A stretch of DNA of 64,000 bases from Bacillota bacterium (GCA_012521185.1 JAAYMV010000074.1:24919-88918); one strand, 5' to 3'. Counted from the first letter of the stretch, positions 18,621 to 28,217 are shown. A program made the numbers and translations. Notes: generated by a model from the sequence alone, not told the origin.

Positions 18621-19187
18621 ATGTTAGAGAAACTATCCACATCCCAGCGAAAAATTGTTAATTGGTTAGGTTTTTTGTTGATCGTCGGAATTGGATTTAT
18701 GCTGATCAAGCCAGAGCCGGCTAACAAAATTGATTATCAACCACAAGCTACCACATTAGCTCGCTATGAGCAAACGACAACTCCGAATTATGCTGAACAG
18801 ATGGAACAGGAATTAGAATCTATCTTACAAAAAATTCAAGGCGTAGGTTCAGTGGAGGTATTTGTTACGTTAGAACGTGGTTCTAGAATTCGGGTAGCTG
18901 AAACAGTAACCGATGATTTACGGACTATTGAAGAATATCAAGGCGCAGGAGTAACTCGTACTACTCATGAACAACGACAAACTTCAGCTCCAGTAACCTT
19001 ACGGTTGGATGCGGAGAGAAAAGAGGTTCCTTTAGTTCTCGAGGAGTACGAACCTATTGTTCGTGGGGTTTTAGTAGTAGCTGAAGGTGTTGCAGATCCC
19101 CATATTCGTTATCAGGTGGCTAAAGCAGTGCAGACCGTTTTACAAATCCCCATGTATAGAATTGAAGTATTACCAAAGGTTAATTAA
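18621..19187 (+). CDS. spoIIIAG: Stage III sporulation protein AG
   Basis: Single N-terminal TM, correct position. Confidence 0.8.
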   Translation: MLEKLSTSQRKIVNWLGFLLIVGIGFMLIKPEPANKIDYQPQATTLARYEQTTTPNYAEQMEQELESILQKIQGVGSVEVFVTLERGSRIRVAETVTDDLRTIEEYQGAGVTRTTHEQRQTSAPVTLRLDAERKEVPLVLEEYEPIVRGVLVVAEGVADPHIRYQVAKAVQTVLQIPMYRIEVLPKVN

Positions 19188-19205
19188 AGAAAAGGGTGGT
19201 TTTTA

Positions 19206-19784
19206 ATGAGTGGATTCTATGTAGTGCACCGACGTAAAATGGTGTATATGCTTTTTTTAATTGGGGTCTTTGGGTTAACTGTCTGGTATGGATTTTATCA
19301 GCCAACTGTATTAGAAGATGTCACATTTGACCAAACTGACCAGCAAGCTGTAGTTGAAGCTTTAGCTGGCGGAATACAACGCAGTGTTAGTGAACTGGAA
19401 CAAAGCATTAAAGTATCAGTTGCACCTGTTCCAACAAAATTTGCTGAATATCGGATTGAACGAGAACGTGTTCGTAGTCGGCAATTAGAGTTATTTGAAA
19501 ATATAGTAAGTGATGCTTCTTTAAGTCAAGAAAGACGGCAAGAAGCCCAAAACCAGCTAGTAGAGTTAATGTCTTTAATGGCCATGGAAACAGAAATTGA
19601 GAACTTACTAAAAGCTAATGGATATATTGATGCGGTGGCGTTAGTCGATAGTGATTCTGCTACAGTTGTGGTACCAGTAACCTTGACTAAAGAAGAAGCC
19701 ACTCGAATTGGCGAAATCATTAACCGGATTACTAAGGTACGTTTGGAAAGAATCACGATTATTGATGAGTTATCCCGTTCGTAA
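19206..19784 (+). CDS. spoIIIAH: Stage III sporulation protein AH
   Basis: N-terminal TM followed by a YscJ/FliF-like soluble domain. Last gene of the operon. Confidence 0.8.
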   Translation: MSGFYVVHRRKMVYMLFLIGVFGLTVWYGFYQPTVLEDVTFDQTDQQAVVEALAGGIQRSVSELEQSIKVSVAPVPTKFAEYRIERERVRSRQLELFENIVSDASLSQERRQEAQNQLVELMSLMAMETEIENLLKANGYIDAVALVDSDSATVVVPVTLTKEEATRIGEIINRITKVRLERITIIDELSRS

Positions 19785-19876
19785 AAGGAAATTATGGGTT
19801 AGTGGGCAGTTTGGTCAGAAGGATATCATTAAATAATTGTCGAAAGCATAGGCACCCACGTGATAGGAGGTAAAAT

Positions 19877-20356
19877 ATGGAACTTTTAGATATTAAAGAG
19901 TTAATGGAGACTTTTAGTAATAGCGAGATTAGTGATTTCGAATTAGAATTAGCTGAGGCTGGAATAAGAATTAGAATGACCAAACGTCCAGCGCCAAGAA
20001 TGGAAGTGGCTAGTACTGCGACTGTACCGGTTCCCAGCTTGCCAATTGCTGTTAGTGCAGTTAATGAGTCGATTGAACTAGAGCAGGAAAAGGAGGAAAA
20101 AGTTCCTGATAATATTATTGAAATTACTTCACCAATGGTGGGAACTTTTTATCGTGCCCCATCACCGACTAGTGATCCTTATGTCGTAGAAGGAGATTTG
20201 GTTAAAGTAGGTCAAACTTTATGTATTATTGAAGCGATGAAGTTAATGAATGAATTTCAATCAGAATATTCGGGTAAAATAGTGGAAATTTTGGTAGAGA
20301 ATGGTCAACCAGTAGAATATGGTGAACCTTTGTTTTTGCTGGAGCTAGTAGATTAG
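19877..20356 (+). CDS. accB: Acetyl-CoA carboxylase biotin carboxyl carrier protein
   Basis: Biotinyl-lysine motif IEAMKLMNE and a Pro/Ala-rich linker. Confidence 0.9.
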   Translation: MELLDIKELMETFSNSEISDFELELAEAGIRIRMTKRPAPRMEVASTATVPVPSLPIAVSAVNESIELEQEKEEKVPDNIIEITSPMVGTFYRAPSPTSDPYVVEGDLVKVGQTLCIIEAMKLMNEFQSEYSGKIVEILVENGQPVEYGEPLFLLELVD

Positions 20357-20369
20357 GAGTGATGGAGGC

Positions 20370-21716
20370 ATGTTTTACAAAGTACTAGTGGCCAATCGAG
20401 GAGAAATTGCTGTACGTATTATTCGCGCCTGCCGTGAACTAGGGATAAAGACTGTCGCCATCTATTCCGAGGCTGATCGGGAATCGATGCATGTTAATTT
20501 TGCTGATCAGGCTATTTGTATCGGCCCAGCACCTTCTCATCTTAGTTATTTAGACATTCCACGAATTATATCGGCTGCTTTGCTGACTGGTGCAGATGCT
20601 ATTCATCCTGGTTATGGATATTTAAGTGAGCGGGCTGACTTTGCCGAAATCTGTGAAAGCCACGGATTGGTTTTTATTGGACCAACTCCTGCTCAAATTG
20701 AACAAATGGGTGATAAAGCTCAAGCAAAAGCTACAATGCAAGCAGCTGGTGTGCCAGTAGTACCAGGAAGTGATGGACCGGTTAGCTCTGAACAGGAATT
20801 ATTAAAACTAGCGAAGGAAATTGGCTTTCCTTTGATTATTAAAGCGTCTGCCGGTGGTGGCGGCAAGGGAATGAGAATTGTTCGCACTCAAGATGAATTA
20901 TTATCGAATTTTGATATTGCTCGTAGTGAAGCCTTAGCATCATTTGGTAATGATCAAGTATATGTTGAAAAATATATTGCCAATCCACGTCATTTAGAAA
21001 TTCAATTACTGGGAGACCATGCTGGGAATGTAGTGCATTTCGGAGAACGGGAATGTTCTTTACAGCGGCGGCATCAGAAGGTCATAGAAGAAGCTCCCTC
21101 GCCAGTAGTTGATGCCACATTACGCCAAGCTATGGGAGAAGCAGCGGTTCGGGGAGCGAAAGCTGTAAATTATCGGAATGCTGGTACAATTGAGTTTTTG
21201 TTAGATGAGGATGGGAAATTCTATTTTATGGAAATGAATACTCGGATTCAAGTTGAACATCCGATAACAGAAATGGTTTACGGCATTGATTTGGTTAAAG
21301 CTCAAATACAAATTGCTGCTGATGCAGAATTAGATTATACCCAAAATGATATAATACCTATGTGTCATGCAATTGAATGTCGCTTAAATGCTGAAGATCC
21401 AGAGCGTAATTTCTTACCATCACCTGGAGTAATTACTAAGTTATTTATACCAGGTGGACACGGGGTACGCTGGGATAGTCATATATATGAAGGTTATGAA
21501 ATTTCTCCTCATTACGATTCGATGTTTGGTAAATTGATTACTTGGGGTGTAGATCGGGAAGAAGCCATTGACAGAATGCTAAGTGCCTTATCTGAAGTAA
21601 TCATCGAAGGGATTAAACATAATGTGGAATTCCATAAACGACTTTTAAACGATCCTCGAGTACGCAGCGGAGATTTTTCAACTAAGTTCTTAGAGGAGAT
21701 TTTTACGCAAGAATAA
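20370..21716 (+). CDS. accC: Acetyl-CoA carboxylase biotin carboxylase subunit
   Basis: ATP-grasp motifs ([19 protein letters not shown]). Length 448 aa. Confidence 0.95.
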   Translation: MFYKVLVANRGEIAVRIIRACRELGIKTVAIYSEADRESMHVNFADQAICIGPAPSHLSYLDIPRIISAALLTGADAIHPGYGYLSERADFAEICESHGLVFIGPTPAQIEQMGDKAQAKATMQAAGVPVVPGSDGPVSSEQELLKLAKEIGFPLIIKASAGGGGKGMRIVRTQDELLSNFDIARSEALASFGNDQVYVEKYIANPRHLEIQLLGDHAGNVVHFGERECSLQRRHQKVIEEAPSPVVDATLRQAMGEAAVRGAKAVNYRNAGTIEFLLDEDGKFYFMEMNTRIQVEHPITEMVYGIDLVKAQIQIAADAELDYTQNDIIPMCHAIECRLNAEDPERNFLPSPGVITKLFIPGGHGVRWDSHIYEGYEISPHYDSMFGKLITWGVDREEAIDRMLSALSEVIIEGIKHNVEFHKRLLNDPRVRSGDFSTKFLEEIFTQE

Positions 21717-21717
21717 A

Positions 21718-21746
21718 TTGTCAAATCCTAGTCCATTTGATATAAT
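21718..21746 (+). promoter_or_regulatory. Sigma-A-type promoter TTGTCA-17-TATAAT for the asp23 operon
   Basis: Perfect 17-bp spacing, located immediately after the accC stop. Confidence 0.5.
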
Positions 21747-21771
21747 CAAAAGTAGCAAGGAGGTGCCTAAA

Positions 21772-22167
21772 GTGGCAGAAGACAACAGAATGAACTTAGG
21801 TGAACTTAAGATTGCTAATGAAGTTGTTGGTATTATTGCTGGCTTAGCAGCTACAGAAGTTGAAGGCGTAGCTGGTATGAGCGGTGGTATTGCTGGTGGC
21901 ATTGCTGAAATGCTTGGCCGTAAGAATTTATCCAAAGGAGTAAAAGTTGAAGTAAACGAACATGAAACTTTAGTTGATTTGTTTGTTATTGTGAATTATG
22001 GAGTCAGCATTCCAGAAGTGGCAAAGAATATTCAGGAAAATGTAAAAAAAGCCATTGAGATTATGACAGGATTAGATGTAACTGAGGTTAACATCCATGT
22101 TCTAGGTGTACATTTTCCCCAACCACAAATAGAAACTGAAGAAATTTCTCCAGTGCAGGTTAAATAA
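21772..22167 (+). CDS. Asp23/Gls24-family alkaline shock protein
   Basis: Asp23 family fold (IANEVVGIIAGLAATEVEGV...). GTG start after an AAGGAGG RBS. Confidence 0.8.
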   Translation: MAEDNRMNLGELKIANEVVGIIAGLAATEVEGVAGMSGGIAGGIAEMLGRKNLSKGVKVEVNEHETLVDLFVIVNYGVSIPEVAKNIQENVKKAIEIMTGLDVTEVNIHVLGVHFPQPQIETEEISPVQVK

Positions 22168-22168
22168 C

Positions 22169-22693
22169 ATGGAAGCACTCGATCGGATCGTAGTTAGGGT
22201 CTTAGCGTTATTGTTAGTGGCTCTATCGGTATTAATAGCAATGACATTATGGGGAGATGTATTGCTAGTTAATTGGATCTTAACCTTACAAAATAGGTTA
22301 TTTGATGGGGTAATCTTGATCCTAATCTTATTGTTATTTAGTTTGTATTTAATTTTTATGAGTGTAAAACCAAAAACAGATGAACGTGTAGTATCCCATC
22401 ACACGACCTTGGGCATGGTTAATGTTAGTGTGGCAACCTTAACAGGTTTGATTATGAAAGCAGTTCAACAATTTGAAGGGGTTAAATATGTTAATGTAAT
22501 GATTAATGAAGTTGAACCCTTAAAAATCAGTATAGAACTGCAATTATTGCCAGATCATAACATCCCTGAGTTAAGTCAATCAATTCAGGCAAAAGTAACC
22601 GAATATTTGCGAAGCACTGTAGGAATTAGCGCTGAATCCATTAATGTATTGATTAAGAGTATTGTAAATGACCACAAGCAAAAACTCGGTTAA
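22169..22693 (+). CDS. Alkaline-shock-response membrane anchor protein (AmaP-like)
   Basis: Two N-terminal TM segments plus a soluble tail. Conserved neighbour of Asp23. Confidence 0.6.
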   Translation: MEALDRIVVRVLALLLVALSVLIAMTLWGDVLLVNWILTLQNRLFDGVILILILLLFSLYLIFMSVKPKTDERVVSHHTTLGMVNVSVATLTGLIMKAVQQFEGVKYVNVMINEVEPLKISIELQLLPDHNIPELSQSIQAKVTEYLRSTVGISAESINVLIKSIVNDHKQKLG

Positions 22694-22936
22694 GTGGTTT
22701 GGCAGAATTTAAGGTGGTGGAGGATGCTGAAAGAGTTTCTAGTTTGGCTGCTAGAGAATAAGGGTAAAGTTTTTGGAACTATTATAGGTTTGCTTGTTGG
22801 TTGGATTATTATAAAATATGGAGTTTTACGCGGTTTGTTTGTCTTTATTTGTGTTAGTATTGGTTTCTTTGTTGGAAATCAATATGATAAACAAGAAGAA
22901 GATATCACAAGTATGATCAACCGCTTTTTGAGGTGA
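22694..22936 (+). CDS. DUF2273-type small membrane protein
   Basis: Two TM segments, about 80 aa. Typical partner of Asp23/AmaP. Confidence 0.6.
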   Translation: MVWQNLRWWRMLKEFLVWLLENKGKVFGTIIGLLVGWIIIKYGVLRGLFVFICVSIGFFVGNQYDKQEEDITSMINRFLR

Positions 22937-22943
22937 GAAGATT

Positions 22944-23366
22944 TTGAGTAGGCGTCTTGCTCGACAAACTGCATTGCAGACACTGTATCAAATTGACATT
23001 GCTAAAATCTCAGCAGAGGAAGGTTTAGCAACCAGATTAGAAGAAACAGAATTGGAAGAACCTGATCAACAGTACACAGCGAATGTAGTAAAATCTGTAG
23101 TTCTTCATCTGGAAGAAATCGACAGCTTACTAGGGAAATTCGCAGTGGATTGGGCAATTGACCGAATGCCGATAGTGGATCGTAATATTTTACGGCTGGC
23201 TATTGGTGAAATATTATATGCCAAGGATATTCCAGTAAAGGTAAGTATTAATGAGGCGGTTGAATTAGCAAAAATATTTAGCAGTGATGAATCCGCAAGG
23301 TTTGTTAATGGTGTGTTAGGTGCCATCGTAGATTACCTTGCGTTGGGTGAACAAAATGATGGATAA
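22944..23366 (+). CDS. nusB: Transcription antitermination factor NusB
   Basis: ARQTALQTLYQIDIA...VDRNILRLAIGEILY. Confidence 0.9.
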   Translation: MSRRLARQTALQTLYQIDIAKISAEEGLATRLEETELEEPDQQYTANVVKSVVLHLEEIDSLLGKFAVDWAIDRMPIVDRNILRLAIGEILYAKDIPVKVSINEAVELAKIFSSDESARFVNGVLGAIVDYLALGEQNDG

Positions 23367-24333
23367 ATTATTTTTAGGTATTGATACTAGTAATTATACA
23401 ACGTCCTTAGCCGTAGTTGATACATATGCAAACTTGGTTAATCGTACCCAACAATTACTAACGGTTAAAGCAGGTCAAAGGGGTCTTCGCCAGTCGGAGG
23501 CTCTTTTTTACCATGTAAAAAATTTACCAGAACTGTTTGGCCAATTAAGTCGATTAGTGCCAAATTTAAAGGAACGAATTGCAGCTGTAGCTGCTACTAT
23601 TCAACCTCGGCCTACAGAAGATTCTTATATGCCAGTTTTTCTGCCTGGTGATGGTTTAGGGCGAACTATTGCTAGCTTGTTGCAAGTTCCTTTTTATGCC
23701 TTGTCACACCAAGAAAATCATATTTGGGCTGGTTTAGCCAGTGCAAAAGGTCCTATTGCTCAACGGTTTTTAGCTGTACATTTGTCAGGTGGAACTAGTG
23801 AAATCTTGAAAGTACAAGTGACTGAGAGTTATGGTTTTACGACTACAATTTTAGGCCAAACTCAAGACTTACATGCTGGTCAATTTGTGGATCGATTGGG
23901 GGTTGCTTTAGGTATACAGTTTCCAGCAGGTGCCGCTATGGAGAAATTAGCCCAAGCCAGTACCAAAGATTTGGTGATTCCGTCCTACCATAAAGATGGC
24001 ATTATTAGCTTTGCTGGCCCAGAAACAGCTGCCCGTCGCCTGTTAGGACAGGAAGAAGCTGCAGATATATGTAAAGCAGTATTTATGACAATTGCTCGTA
24101 CAATTACTAAGTTAATTGACTGGGCAATGACTAAAACTGGGTTAGACCAAGTTTTAGTTGTTGGTGGAGTTGCGGCTAACCAAATAATTAGGCAACATTT
24201 GCAAAAGCGGTTACCTAAAGCTGATTTGTTTTTTGCTGCTCCTAATTATAGTACTGACAATGCTATAGGTGCTGCTTATTATGCTGGGTTAAATTATTTG
24301 GGTCAGGAATTTTATGGTAATGTTTTTCTGTAA
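23356..24333 (+). CDS. ASKHA-superfamily protein, Kae1/TsaD/YeaZ (Peptidase_M22)-like, function unknown
   Basis: N-terminal LGIDTSNYTTSLAVV (TsaB-like phosphate-1 strand) and VHLSGGTSEIL (like TsaD LVSGGHT, but lacking the His). It occupies the slot where folD normally sits between nusB and xseA. Confidence 0.6.
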   Translation: MMDKLFLGIDTSNYTTSLAVVDTYANLVNRTQQLLTVKAGQRGLRQSEALFYHVKNLPELFGQLSRLVPNLKERIAAVAATIQPRPTEDSYMPVFLPGDGLGRTIASLLQVPFYALSHQENHIWAGLASAKGPIAQRFLAVHLSGGTSEILKVQVTESYGFTTTILGQTQDLHAGQFVDRLGVALGIQFPAGAAMEKLAQASTKDLVIPSYHKDGIISFAGPETAARRLLGQEEAADICKAVFMTIARTITKLIDWAMTKTGLDQVLVVGGVAANQIIRQHLQKRLPKADLFFAAPNYSTDNAIGAAYYAGLNYLGQEFYGNVFL

Positions 24334-24366
24334 TCCGGCATAAGGTGTAACAAAGGGGGAAAAGCC

Positions 24367-24543
24367 ATGTGGATTAAACTAATTATTGGTGCGTTAATAG
24401 GTTTAATAGTAGGTCACTTTGTTACACCAGGGTATGCCTTGTGGGCGGTTGTCGGAATCATTGTTGGTTTTCTTGTGGAATTGATCAGTAAAAAGTTAGC
24501 TAAAAAAGATCAAGCAGAAAAAACAGAAAGTGAAAGTAATTAG
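24367..24543 (+). CDS. Small two-TM membrane protein (GlsB/YeaQ/YmgE-like, 58 aa); absent from the ORF track
   Basis: GGGGGA RBS 7 nt before the ATG. Sequence MWIKLIIGALIGLIVGHF...VVGIIVGFLVE, followed by a perfect terminator. Confidence 0.5.
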   Translation: MWIKLIIGALIGLIVGHFVTPGYALWAVVGIIVGFLVELISKKLAKKDQAEKTESESN

Positions 24544-24573
24544 CCGGGTCAATGCCGAACCCGGCTTTTTTAG
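24543..24573 (+). terminator. Rho-independent terminator (AGCCGGGT caatgccga ACCCGGCT + T6)
   Basis: Read directly from the sequence. Confidence 0.85.
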
Positions 24574-24624
24574 CAGGTTTTAACATGTTAGAAGCGAACT
24601 ATCTATTGAAAGGAGGTCGCTTTA

Positions 24625-25833
24625 GTGGACGGTCCTAGGATATTAAGCATTAGTGAATTGACTAGTTTAATCAAAAACGAATTAGAACAACCAATTTTTA
24701 AAAATATCGCTGTTGAAGGAGAAATTTCAAATTTTATTCACCACACATCCGGTCACATGTATTTTTCTCTAAAAGACAAGAATAGTAAAGTTAAGGCAGT
24801 CATGTTTCGCGGCCGCAATATGCGCTTAAACTTTATTCCAAAGAATGGCGATACAGTGGTAGCTATAGGTTCTCTTGGTGTTTATGAGCCTAACGGTGAG
24901 TATCAGCTTTATATAGATCAAATGTTTCCACAAGGTGTTGGGGCGCTACATATTCAATTTGAAGAATTAAAAAATAAGCTTCAACAGGAGGGCTTGTTTG
25001 ATTATGAACGCAAACGACCTTTGCCTACTTTGCCAAGTCACGTAGCCGTAATCACCTCACCTACAGGTGCTGCTATTCGTGATATCTTGAGTGTAATAGG
25101 CAGAAGATTCCCTAAGATGAATGTTTTAGTTATTCCTGCTATAGTTCAAGGTGTTGAGGGTCCGCCTAGTATTGTACAAGCTTTCGAATTTGCTGCTCAG
25201 CAGTCTGACTTAGATGTAATTATTCTTGCTAGGGGAGGCGGTTCGCTAGAAGAATTGTGGGCTTTTAATGATGAAAGAGTGGCACGGGCTATTGCTCAGT
25301 GTCCAATTCCAGTTGTGACAGGAGTTGGTCATGAAACAGATTTTACAATTGCTGACTTTGTTTCAGACTGTCGCGCTCCAACGCCTTCAGCAGCAGCTGA
25401 GCTAGTAGTTCCTGATTACTTTGAATTACAGCGAACAGTTCAAGGATACTATCAGCGGCTATTAGTTAATATTGAGAACCTAATAGCCAATAAGAAAACC
25501 AGTTTATCCTATTTAACTAATCGGGGAGCATTGTTAAGACCCCAAGACAAATTAAACCGTGAAAGACAGCGGGTAGATGAATTATTGTCAAGGACTTATC
25601 GCCAGATCGAGTATCATCAGGATAGATTTAAACAACAATTACGACTACTATCTGGTAAACTTGATACTTTAAGTCCATTAGCGACTTTAAGTCGCGGTTA
25701 CTCTATTTGTAGTAAAAATGGACAAGTGATTGTCGATGCCAATCAGGTAGAAATTGGCGATCATGTTACTGTGCGACTAAGGAAAAGTCAATTATCTTGT
25801 ATTGTAGAAAAGAGGGAGGAAGTTGACTACTAA
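24625..25833 (+). CDS. xseA: Exodeoxyribonuclease VII large subunit
   Basis: OB-fold N-terminus (EGEISNF...HMYFSLKD), and the following gene is xseB. GTG start after AGGAGG. Confidence 0.9.
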   Translation: MDGPRILSISELTSLIKNELEQPIFKNIAVEGEISNFIHHTSGHMYFSLKDKNSKVKAVMFRGRNMRLNFIPKNGDTVVAIGSLGVYEPNGEYQLYIDQMFPQGVGALHIQFEELKNKLQQEGLFDYERKRPLPTLPSHVAVITSPTGAAIRDILSVIGRRFPKMNVLVIPAIVQGVEGPPSIVQAFEFAAQQSDLDVIILARGGGSLEELWAFNDERVARAIAQCPIPVVTGVGHETDFTIADFVSDCRAPTPSAAAELVVPDYFELQRTVQGYYQRLLVNIENLIANKKTSLSYLTNRGALLRPQDKLNRERQRVDELLSRTYRQIEYHQDRFKQQLRLLSGKLDTLSPLATLSRGYSICSKNGQVIVDANQVEIGDHVTVRLRKSQLSCIVEKREEVDY

Positions 25834-26056
25834 GAGTTTTGAAGAAGCTTTAAAAGATTTGGAAGATGTTGTTCAAAAGTTAGAAGATGGGGAGACAACT
25901 TTGGAAGAATCGTTAAAGCTTTTTGAACAAGGAGTTAGTTTGGCTCGTTATTGTGCCGTTAAACTTGATGAATCAGAAGCAAAAATTAATCTACTTTTAG
26001 AAAAAAATGGTCAGTTTTTGCGAGAACCGTTTGAAATCGAGGAGAAAGGAAATTAA
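25823..26056 (+). CDS. xseB: Exodeoxyribonuclease VII small subunit
   Basis: FEEALKDLEDVVQKLEDGETTLEESLKLFEQG. Confidence 0.9.
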   Translation: MTTKSFEEALKDLEDVVQKLEDGETTLEESLKLFEQGVSLARYCAVKLDESEAKINLLLEKNGQFLREPFEIEEKGN

Positions 26057-26058
26057 CA

Positions 26059-26946
26059 GTGAAAATTCAAGAATATTTAGCTGAACAAGTTGAAAAAATT
26101 GAAGCTGCTTTAGATCAATATTTGCCAGCAGCAACAACTAAACCAAGTAATTTACATGAATCGATGCGTTATTCAACCTTAGCAGGAGGGAAACGGCTAC
26201 GAGCCATCTTAGCTATGGAAGCCTGTGCGGCTGTTGGTGGGAAAGCGGAAGATGCCCTTAGCTTTGCCTGTGCCTTAGAAATGATTCATGCTTATACTCT
26301 AATCCATGATGATTTGCCTTGCATGGATGATGATGATTTTCGGCGAGGCAAGCCAACAAATCATAAAGTCTATGGTGAAGCAATTGCGTTACTTGCTGGT
26401 GATGCCCTGTTAACTAAAGCAATGGAGGTAATTGCTGGCTTAGTAGATCAAGGGTTAGATGCTAAAGTAGTTGTTAAAATAATTAAAGAAGTAACAACAG
26501 CTTGTGGCTCTGAAGGTTTAATTGGTGGACAAGTTGTAGATTTAATGTCCGAAGGTAAGAAAATTGATCAAGCTGAGTTGGAATATATTCATCGTAATAA
26601 AACGGGTAAGTTATTTTTGGCAGCCTTACGTGGTGGTGCAATTATTGGCGGTGCAGATGAACAACAGCTAGAATTGATTACCTGTTATGGCGAAAACTTT
26701 GGCTTGGCTTTTCAAATTACTGATGATATTCTGGATGTGGTTGGTGATGCTGAGAAGCTAGGCAAAGCAGTCGGGTCTGACTTGCGGCAAGAAAAATCCA
26801 CCTATGTTAGTATCTTTGGGTTGGAAGAAGCCAAAATTCAAGCTAAACGGTACATTGACCTATGTAGTCAGGCAGCGCAAAAATTGACTCCTGATCGTTC
26901 TGCACTGGCAAATATTGCCCAGTATGTGCTGGTTCGTGACTACTAG
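26059..26946 (+). CDS. ispA: Farnesyl/geranyl diphosphate synthase (polyprenyl synthetase)
   Basis: First DDxxD motif LIHDDLPCMDDDDFRRG and second FQITDDILD. Confidence 0.9.
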   Translation: MKIQEYLAEQVEKIEAALDQYLPAATTKPSNLHESMRYSTLAGGKRLRAILAMEACAAVGGKAEDALSFACALEMIHAYTLIHDDLPCMDDDDFRRGKPTNHKVYGEAIALLAGDALLTKAMEVIAGLVDQGLDAKVVVKIIKEVTTACGSEGLIGGQVVDLMSEGKKIDQAELEYIHRNKTGKLFLAALRGGAIIGGADEQQLELITCYGENFGLAFQITDDILDVVGDAEKLGKAVGSDLRQEKSTYVSIFGLEEAKIQAKRYIDLCSQAAQKLTPDRSALANIAQYVLVRDY

Positions 26947-26957
26947 ACATCGGTTTA

Positions 26958-26986
26958 TTGCTGAAATTTATGTGGTATGATATAAT
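26958..26986 (+). promoter_or_regulatory. Sigma-A-type promoter TTGCTG-17-TGaTATAAT (extended -10) immediately upstream of the non-coding block
   Basis: Read directly from the sequence. The predicted TSS is around 26993. Confidence 0.5.
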
Positions 26987-26994
26987 TACAGTAG

Positions 26995-27615
26995 TTTTAA
27001 ATGGATGATGCAGTATTCTAGTCATTAACCTCATTACCGAAGACGGGCCTAAAAATCCGTTAAAGGGCATATCGATGAAGTCCCTGGTGGTGGCCTCTTA
27101 CGCCCAGTTAGGGGTTGTTGCTGGGGGTTAAGGTTGAAGGGCGATCTACAATGGCATGTAGGCGTTGACCCTTCTTCCATGGAGACCCAAGTATGTGGAC
27201 TTACGGGAGACTGTATTTCTATGGCTTGGGATTGAACCTACACGCGATACGTGAACATAGTTTAGTGGTAGTTTGTGTTGGGTGTAGTGTAGCCTACCTT
27301 GAGTGATGTTGGAGGGATAGTGGATCCAAATTTGCAAATCCTCGGCCAAGGATCGCGAATTATTGCCGCTTGAAACCACCATTGCAAAAGAGGTTAGGAA
27401 TGAGTAGTTAATGTTGAGGAAAACTCCTAGACTGTTTCGTTATGAAGGTGACTTGAGGATTACGGTGTGGACTAAGTGGTAATCCAGCCTCGTTAATGGC
27501 GACAGACGAAGAGATCGGAAAGGGGAAACCGCCAGGCACGGCGACGTACTGGAGGATCTTTGGGAAAACCTGCTGGACCTAAGCCACAATCTTTACTCAA
27601 GTTATCGTCATCCAT
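26995..27615 (+). ncRNA. ole: Probable OLE (ornate large extremophilic) RNA
   Basis: About 620 nt with no sense-strand ORF. It is clearly more G+C-rich and structured than the flanking DNA. It sits exactly between ispA and a 4-TM small protein gene that precedes dxs, which is the canonical ispA-ole-oapA-dxs arrangement. Confidence 0.6.
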
Positions 27616-27638
27616 TTTACATAAAAGGGCGGTAATCT

Positions 27639-28217
27639 ATGAAGTTATTCAAACATGTGCTTACCATAGGAGGACTGACTTTTGTGATTTCGGTCCTCTT
27701 AAATATTAGTAGTACAGCAGCTTTGGCTTTATCACCGCTACATATTAGTTTTTTACTGCTTTTTTTAATTGTTCTAATTGGAATCATTTTTGATATTATT
27801 GCGGTAGCAGCAGCTGCTGGACAAGAAGCTCCTTTTCATGCTATGGCCACAGATCGAGTACCCGGTGCGAAACAATGTGTATGGTTAGTCCGTAATGCTG
27901 ATCGGGTATCAACGTTTTGTGGTGATATTGTCGGAGACATTGCCGGTACTATTAGTGGAGCCACTGCAGCGGCGATCATTTATCAACTAATTATTACAAA
28001 TCCTCAATTAAATGAGGGTATTCTAAATACAGTGTTGTTGGGATTGGTAGCTGCTTTGACCGTTGGTGGTAAAGCAGCGGGCAAAAGTTTTGCTATTAAC
28101 CGCTCAACAGATATTTTATATGTGGTAGGCCGGATGATTTATGCCTTTGAAAAAATGCGGCCTAACCAGAAAAAGAAGTCAAAACAGAATAAAAGAATCA
28201 ACAAAAAAAGCAAATAA
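27639..28217 (+). CDS. oapA: OLE-associated protein A-like small membrane protein (4 TM, Lys-rich C-tail)
   Basis: Four predicted TM helices, with conserved Asp-containing motifs FDIIAVAAAAG and GDIVGDIAG. Positioned between the putative OLE RNA and dxs. Confidence 0.6.
   Translation: MKLFKHVLTIGGLTFVISVLLNISSTAALALSPLHISFLLLFLIVLIGIIFDIIAVAAAAGQEAPFHAMATDRVPGAKQCVWLVRNADRVSTFCGDIVGDIAGTISGATAAAIIYQLIITNPQLNEGILNTVLLGLVAALTVGGKAAGKSFAINRSTDILYVVGRMIYAFEKMRPNQKKKSKQNKRINKKSK

Noticed and set aside
27220-27300. tRNA-like fragment (GGATTGAACC resembles the reverse complement of a T-loop; TAGTTTAGTGGTAG resembles a D-loop) inside the ispA-dxs non-coding block
   Set aside because: No complete cloverleaf can be assembled. 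The acceptor and anticodon stems are absent, and the motifs are better explained as part of a larger structured RNA (OLE).
26947-27638. Alternative identities for the large ncRNA: RNase P RNA, tmRNA, SRP RNA, cobalamin riboswitch, group II intron remnant
   Set aside because: It lacks the RNase P P4 sequence (GGAAAGUCC), a tmRNA tag reading frame and 3' tRNA-like end, SRP domain IV, the B12 box, or an intron domain V. The ispA/oapA/dxs context points specifically to OLE.
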